From: Candidatus Bathyarchaeota archaeon
GTDB lineage: Archaea > Thermoproteota > Bathyarchaeia > TCS64
DNA length: 64,000 bases
Assembly (NCBI GenBank): GCA_026014815.1
Contig: JAOZHP010000110.1
Span: 1,047 to 65,046, forward strand
Direction of reading: 5' to 3'
Below, in pieces: positions 58,963 to 64,000 of this stretch (its first letter is position 1; every line of letters starts with the position of its first letter). The notes beneath the pieces are model-generated. The model saw only the letters and a program-made list of their open reading frames with translations. It was not told the origin of the DNA and did not search any database. Made by a program: the position numbers and the translations under genes.

Positions 58963-59189
58963 ACCTACAAAATGTTGCTCTCGAAACCTTTTTTATTACC
59001 ATTATTATAAAATAAATTGGTTCATGGAAGGCGGGTTAATCCCTTAATTCGCTGAAATTGAGCCAAGGTGGCCAACGTGGGTTGGTTTCCTCCTGCCTAT
59101 ATGTGCCGAAAGGAGCTTATGGGGGCTGGTGGGCTTGGGCTCATCGGCTGGGGGTGTGGACGTGGGTTCACACAGATCCCCCAGAAAAT

Positions 59190-59687
59190 TTACTCACAAG
59201 CTTTTTGATATAATATTTCAACTACCTGTCTACAGTTAGAGACAAGCTCATTGACCTCATCTACATCCATTAATTCATGCGGAGCATATCCATCGTGAGG
59301 ATACTTCTCATGTGCGATCATGCCGGTAATACAGTCAATTATACTTGCTCTGGTGTCTGGGTCAGCTACGTCCGTGTGGGATATTCTTTCAATAACGACC
59401 GATGGAATGTCTGTTGATTCAACCCAACCATTTTCTATAGCGTATTCCCACAGATCTAATATACTATGCCCCATTCTTCCTCCAACAAATTGTCTAGGTA
59501 TATTACCTTCCTTAGCTTCGATTAAGCCCTTTAAAGCAAGTTCTACTGAATGTTTGGCTGAATAATCAGCAACTTCATAATTATGATATTGTTCTCGTTC
59601 AGCACTTTCATTGAACCTAAAAGAGGCAGTGAACCAAGCTCTCCAATTCTCCCTTGTTTGAGGCGGTGGCCCTCCTGAATATACCAT
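59190..59687 (-). CDS. HEPN-domain protein
   Basis: Helical pattern with an R-x-x-H-like motif (GGRMGHS). Accessory context. Confidence 0.45.
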   Translation of the reverse strand: MVYSGGPPPQTRENWRAWFTASFRFNESAEREQYHNYEVADYSAKHSVELALKGLIEAKEGNIPRQFVGGRMGHSILDLWEYAIENGWVESTDIPSVVIERISHTDVADPDTRASIIDCITGMIAHEKYPHDGYAPHELMDVDEVNELVSNCRQVVEILYQKACE

Positions 59688-59973
59688 GTTATCTTAAAAG
59701 TACGATGAAACTAAAATTATTTACGAGTTAGATACCTTAAAATGAATGTATAACATACCGTTCAATTATGCAATATTGGATATTACCAGCTGTAGCAGGA
59801 TTCGCAGTGCATTAGTACTTATCCAATATAAGTCTAGGGCAAACACCGTTTTACTGAGTTTTATATCAGTGGTTTGTGGAGCATTAGGATCGATCATTGT
59901 GGGGGTGAGCTCAGATCAAATATTCGTATTCCTCATCGCGTTTGGGCTGTTGTTTTTTGTCTCATGGGTTATT

Positions 59974-60417
59974 CTACCACGGGGGCATAATGTACTCAAA
60001 GTACAGGACTTTCCCATATTGAGTGTCCTCGTAACCTGCCGCTGATATATTGTGGAGACTCGCTCGGGTAACAACGCTGAGTAATTCGTCTCTCGTCGAG
60101 ACCTTGAGGTTCCCGACCAGCAGTTGTAGTTTCACACCTTCAATGTTTATGCCCTTGATCTCAATTACTTTATCAAGACGTTCGATAAAATCTGCGATGT
60201 ATTCTCCCTCAAATGTATATTTGGTTCCTATACCTCTGATTCGTTCGATGCCCTGTTTTACTTCGTCGTTCATCTGGTTCAAGGGTTGACTGGTATGGTT
60301 GGAATTAACCTTTACTGGTACCGGTTGTGGTGCTGGGTTACCAGAGACGCTGTGGATAGTACCGCCATTATCCATGAGAGGATGTTGACTGCGTACCAAA
60401 AGTCTCGTGCCCACCAC
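59974..60417 (-). CDS. Hypothetical protein. True start is probably the internal Met near 60273.
   Basis: ORF track; overlaps the next ORF in another frame. Confidence 0.3.
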   Translation of the reverse strand: MVGTRLLVRSQHPLMDNGGTIHSVSGNPAPQPVPVKVNSNHTSQPLNQMNDEVKQGIERIRGIGTKYTFEGEYIADFIERLDKVIEIKGINIEGVKLQLLVGNLKVSTRDELLSVVTRASLHNISAAGYEDTQYGKVLYFEYIMPPW

Positions 60418-60584
60418 TTATTTACGCTCCAGATATAGAAGGGAAAATCAAAAACATCGCCGGGGAAAGCTGACGCGACCTCGATCTGCCAAAGGCTAGC
60501 CATGAGTAGCCCTGTGGATAAAACCATTCCTAGTAAGCTGAACATAAATATTTTATATGGGGGCTGCTCGTCAATTAGCTTCAT
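60312..60584 (-). CDS. Hypothetical small membrane protein (2 TM)
   Basis: ORF track; hydrophobic segments. Confidence 0.3.
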   Translation of the reverse strand: MKLIDEQPPYKIFMFSLLGMVLSTGLLMASLWQIEVASAFPGDVFDFPFYIWSVNKWWARDFWYAVNILSWIMAVLSTASLVTQHHNRYQ

Positions 60585-60677
60585 TTTCCCCCAAATCCAG
60601 CTGAGGGTTGGATTTAAACAATCCTAAAATCTCAGGTAAAACAGGTTTTTAGAAATGAAAATTAAGTAAAAAGAGTG

Positions 60678-61961
60678 CTACTTGAGCCTCGTCAAGTGCA
60701 CCGAGCATGAGATACATGGATCGTAGGCTCTTGCCATAACCTCTATGGCGTGCTTGATCGTCTCGTCGCTTGAGCCACTTAGGTTACCGGCGATGACTCG
60801 CACGTCTTTCTCAATGTTCGCGGCGTTCTGGGCTGTGGGGGTTATGATGTTTGCTTTTGTTATCCTGCCCTGATCGTCGAAGCTGTAATCGTGGTAGAGT
60901 ATACCTCGGGGAGCTTCTATTGCGTTGATTCCCCTGCTCTCATATACATCGAACTCCACGAGGTCCTCATCGTCGAGGCCGTTGCTCAGGAGTTCATCTA
61001 CGTCCATTATACATCTCTCAACGTCATGAACCAGCTCTATGGCTTGACAGAAGTTGTTGCTTATAGTGTTGTTACGATCTATGAGTTCCTTGTGTTGTTT
61101 ATATAACTCGTATGCCTTACCTTCGAGTTTATCTCCGTTCAAGTGGAGTCGAGGTAAGGCGCCCACCATGAAGGTTTTTCCCTTATAATTGCTGAACTTT
61201 GCGTAGCTATGCTTGATAACCTGTTCGTTGGTTAGCTTCTCGTACTCGGTCTCATGGACCCTCTCACCGGCGCTGGTCAAGATATGGTCACCCATATAGC
61301 CGAATCGTTCACCAGAATCCAACGCTAGAAGAAGGTTCTCAGATACATTATGCTTCGGAGGCACAACGTCTGCTAAGAGCTTCACTGCCAGTTCAGCCAC
61401 CGGCATCACCTCCTCCATGGACGTTCTTATGTCGAGTAACTCCTGCTGAGAGGGTACTTTACTGAAGCCTCCTACTCGCTCATTCATACCATGTACTTCC
61501 CTGCCGCTGAGGGTGTTGTGGATCTGGTTGCCAGCCTTCTTGAGGTTGAGAGCCATCTTCACGGCGTCAAGGTGCTCTGACGCCATGCTGAAAGCGTCTG
61601 GGAAGCCCAGAAAATCGGGTAAAGCCAACATATAGACGTGAAGAGCATGGCTCTCGATGGTCTCCCCGTGGATGAGCAGATCTCTTAGTGTATTTGTCTG
61701 CGGCGTAGGTTTAACTTTGAACGCGTTCTCTATAGCCCCTATGCTAGCGAGGCTGTGGGATGCAGTGCATATTGCGCAGATCCTTCTGGTGATATCTGGA
61801 ATCTTCTCGTAGTGAACGGTCTTTATGAGGCTCTCGAAGAACCGGGGACCCTCGAAGACGTTGAACTTGACGTCCTTCACCTTGTCACCGTCTAGGGTGA
61901 CCTCTATGCCTCCATGCCCTTCGACCCTCGTTAATTCCTCTATTTTAATTGTCTTAGTCAT
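60678..61961 (-). CDS. hydA: [NiFe] hydrogenase large (alpha) subunit, group 3b sulfhydrogenase type
   Basis: N-terminal RICAICTASH and C-terminal DPCISCSVH Ni-binding motifs. Confidence 0.9.
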   Translation of the reverse strand: MTKTIKIEELTRVEGHGGIEVTLDGDKVKDVKFNVFEGPRFFESLIKTVHYEKIPDITRRICAICTASHSLASIGAIENAFKVKPTPQTNTLRDLLIHGETIESHALHVYMLALPDFLGFPDAFSMASEHLDAVKMALNLKKAGNQIHNTLSGREVHGMNERVGGFSKVPSQQELLDIRTSMEEVMPVAELAVKLLADVVPPKHNVSENLLLALDSGERFGYMGDHILTSAGERVHETEYEKLTNEQVIKHSYAKFSNYKGKTFMVGALPRLHLNGDKLEGKAYELYKQHKELIDRNNTISNNFCQAIELVHDVERCIMDVDELLSNGLDDEDLVEFDVYESRGINAIEAPRGILYHDYSFDDQGRITKANIITPTAQNAANIEKDVRVIAGNLSGSSDETIKHAIEVMARAYDPCISCSVHLTRLK

Positions 61962-62732
61962 TCACTTGGCACCTCCAAGAAAGTCCTCTGGGAGCTCTCC
62001 GCTGAAGATTCTAAGCCTGTTCATGATAAATTCCTCCGTGTATCCCTTGTCGAGGAGCATCTGAAGCTCCGCCGCGAAGTTACTCCCATCCTCGACAGGC
62101 CCCCTGCAGCCGATGCAGTCGAGACCTAGGCCGGGGCATCTTGCTTCACAACCTGCCCGGACCACAGGTCCGAGGCATGGTTTGTTATCCTCCACTATAA
62201 CGCATGGGTACTCGTGGAGCTTGCACTCGACACAGACCGGGTATGAGTATCCAAGAGGGCTGTCACCGTGAAGCAGTGAGGTTATTGCTTTAACTACCTC
62301 GTCCTTCTCGACGGGGCAGCCAGGTATGCTGAAGTCCACCTTCACGTACTCACGGATAGGTTTTGACTCTAATGCGTCGTAGTAGTCTGGCTCGACTCCG
62401 TATACATCCTTGAGGCGCTGTGCCAATGTGGTCTCTCCGTTCCTCATTGCCTGGACGCAGCCATCAGTGGCGCAGTTCCCGAAAGCGATGAGGACGCTTG
62501 ATCGTTCTCTTATCTCTTTGAGATGCCTGAGATCGGTCTCGGTGGACACAGAGCCCTCCACGAAAGCAATGTCGATAGGCCCTGACTCCTTGTGGCTACT
62601 TCCCTCCTGAAAATCCACGATGTGGAACCTAGCTACTAGGTTTAGTAGCTCATCCTCCATATTGAGTATCTGTAACTGGTCACCCGCGCAGCCTGTGAGG
62701 CTGAATATGCCTAATCTTGGTTTAGTCATCAC
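61962..62732 (-). CDS. hydD: [NiFe] hydrogenase small (delta) subunit
   Basis: GIFSLTGCAGD proximal-cluster motif. Confidence 0.85.
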   Translation of the reverse strand: MMTKPRLGIFSLTGCAGDQLQILNMEDELLNLVARFHIVDFQEGSSHKESGPIDIAFVEGSVSTETDLRHLKEIRERSSVLIAFGNCATDGCVQAMRNGETTLAQRLKDVYGVEPDYYDALESKPIREYVKVDFSIPGCPVEKDEVVKAITSLLHGDSPLGYSYPVCVECKLHEYPCVIVEDNKPCLGPVVRAGCEARCPGLGLDCIGCRGPVEDGSNFAAELQMLLDKGYTEEFIMNRLRIFSGELPEDFLGGAK

Positions 62733-62741
62733 TGTTGCCTC

Positions 62742-63626
62742 CTAGATCATCCCCTTGGTGTTCATCGCGTCCCACAATGTGAACACAGGACCGTCCTTGC
62801 AGACGTACTTGATGGATTTGCCTGTGCCTACGATGCATTGACCGCACTGGCCGACGCCGCACTTCATCCTCCGTTCAAGCGTCATGTAGACTTGTTCAGG
62901 TGTGAAACCCATCTTCTCTAGCTCCATTACTGTAAACTTGTACATTATAGGTGGACCGCCTAGGATAGCAACTGTGTTGTCCGCTGGCTCATCCATGATG
63001 GCGAAGAGCTTGGTGACAAGACCGTTGGTTATCCTGTCATCTCTCTCGCTCACAAGGCCATTGAGGACAAGGTCTTCTTGGTCCTCGTAGCTGAGGTAGA
63101 GCTTGACTCCCTCGGCGTCGCCTTCCCTGAAATAGTGGAGTACATCATCCTTGAACAGCATCAAGTCGTATGACCTGATCCCGTATAGAACAATAATCTC
63201 ACCATACTTTTCCCTATTTTGAGTGGCATACTGGAGCACACCCCTGATAGGTGCAATGCCTAACCCTCCCGCTACTAGGAGAAGATCCTTGCCATAGAAT
63301 TCATCCATGGGGAACCCGTTTCCGTAGGGTCCCCTAACCCAAATTACGTCGCCTACCTTTTGACTGTGTATGGCGTTGGTTACCCTACCAGCGTTTCTTA
63401 TACAGAACTCCAGCTCAGAGTTGTCACTCTGGGCTGTGCATAGGGATATGGGTGCCTCACCTACACCCATGACTCCTAGCTTAACGAATTGACCAGGAGT
63501 GTAATTGAAGTTCTCTGCGTACTCTGGGTTTTGGAACTTTATAGTCACAAGGTTCTCGATCTCGGTCATCTTACGGATGTCTGTGATCCTTGCTTTGACT
63601 GGCTTCAGTGTGCTTTTGTTGCTCAC
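62742..63626 (-). CDS. hydG: Sulfhydrogenase gamma subunit (FAD/NAD(P)-binding ferredoxin-reductase-like with a C-terminal 2Fe-2S)
   Basis: FNR-like fold and C-terminal CGVGQCGQC. Confidence 0.8.
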   Translation of the reverse strand: MSNKSTLKPVKARITDIRKMTEIENLVTIKFQNPEYAENFNYTPGQFVKLGVMGVGEAPISLCTAQSDNSELEFCIRNAGRVTNAIHSQKVGDVIWVRGPYGNGFPMDEFYGKDLLLVAGGLGIAPIRGVLQYATQNREKYGEIIVLYGIRSYDLMLFKDDVLHYFREGDAEGVKLYLSYEDQEDLVLNGLVSERDDRITNGLVTKLFAIMDEPADNTVAILGGPPIMYKFTVMELEKMGFTPEQVYMTLERRMKCGVGQCGQCIVGTGKSIKYVCKDGPVFTLWDAMNTKGMI

Positions 63627-64000
63627 TTGATGTCACCTCTCACTTTCTGTAATATCTCAACGAAGTCTATATCGGCGGGGCAGAATACTGTACATCTTCC
63701 ACAGCCCACGCAGTTGGGCATCTCCTCTCTGAGACTGCCCTTACAGTTGATCCTATTCCTGAGCCGCTCCATAGATGTGGGCCTAAAGTTGTGGCCACCC
63801 GCCACTAATCCATGGTCCTTGAGCATACATGAGTACCACATCCTTACACGTTCACCCGTGTTCATGTCTAGATTAATGTAGTCCTGTACATCATAGCACC
63901 TGCAACGCGGGCAAACGAGGTTGCATGAACCGCAGCCTAGACATTTTTCCGCGTACTCCGCCCAGAGGGGATCATCATATGACATGTCCAGGTGGTCCTG
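63623..64000 (-). CDS. hydB: Sulfhydrogenase beta subunit (4Fe-4S), C-terminal part; the gene continues beyond the window end
   Basis: CLGCGSCNLVCP and CVGCGRCTVFCP motifs. The frame stays open upstream of 63985 to position 64000. Confidence 0.75.
   Translation of the reverse strand, partial: QDHLDMSYDDPLWAEYAEKCLGCGSCNLVCPRCRCYDVQDYINLDMNTGERVRMWYSCMLKDHGLVAGGHNFRPTSMERLRNRINCKGSLREEMPNCVGCGRCTVFCPADIDFVEILQKVRGDIK

Noticed and set aside
1-64000. CRISPR arrays, cas genes, transposases, integrases
   Set aside because: No short regularly spaced direct repeats and no recognisable Cas, IS transposase or tyrosine/serine recombinase signatures on either strand.

Overview
This is an archaeal chromosomal window of about 50% GC; the lineage cannot be determined from sequence alone. 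The core is a syntenic housekeeping backbone, with two AT-rich accessory islands inserted next to tRNA genes.

Backbone genes recognised:
- ATP-dependent DNA ligase and NAD(P)HX repair enzyme Nnr.
- TATA-box binding protein.
- A GINS-like gene directly followed by MCM helicase, and Orc1/Cdc6 elsewhere.
- 8-oxoguanine glycosylase.
- The ribosomal cluster L7Ae–S28e–L24e–NDK and a second cluster RpoN–S2.
- A mevalonate-pathway block: MEMO1, mevalonate kinase, isopentenyl phosphate kinase, IDI-2 and GGPP synthase.
- Archaeal GluRS.
- Glycine-cleavage H and T proteins.
- myo-Inositol-1-phosphate synthase.
- An FdhA–HdrB–HdrC-like operon.
- A group-3b sulfhydrogenase-type [NiFe] hydrogenase operon, hydBGDA.

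RNA genes:
- tRNA-Leu(CAG).
- An intron-containing tRNA-Tyr(GUA) with a C1-G72 acceptor pair.
- Two tandem tRNA-like genes at 58.8–59.0 kb.

Island 1 (about 20.9–29.6 kb) lies between tbp and tRNA-Leu(CAG). It is bounded by a roughly 60-nt direct repeat that copies the tRNA-Leu 3' end, and is built from small gene cassettes framed by two repeated element families. It contains the best candidate for a novel system: a two-gene operon encoding a PD-(D/E)xK nuclease plus a zinc-finger coiled-coil partner, preceded by a GC-rich structured non-coding leader. The same island carries an HNH-nuclease, membrane and Zn-ribbon fusion protein with its own regulator.

Island 2 (about 57.1–60.7 kb) holds the two tRNA-like genes and a HEPN protein.

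Other oddities:
- An in-frame TGA splits a prenyltransferase-repeat gene.
- A DCD-domain protein, a family usually described from plants.
- A short GC-rich segment at 7250–7350 that may be a structured RNA.

No CRISPR array, transposase or integrase was recognised.
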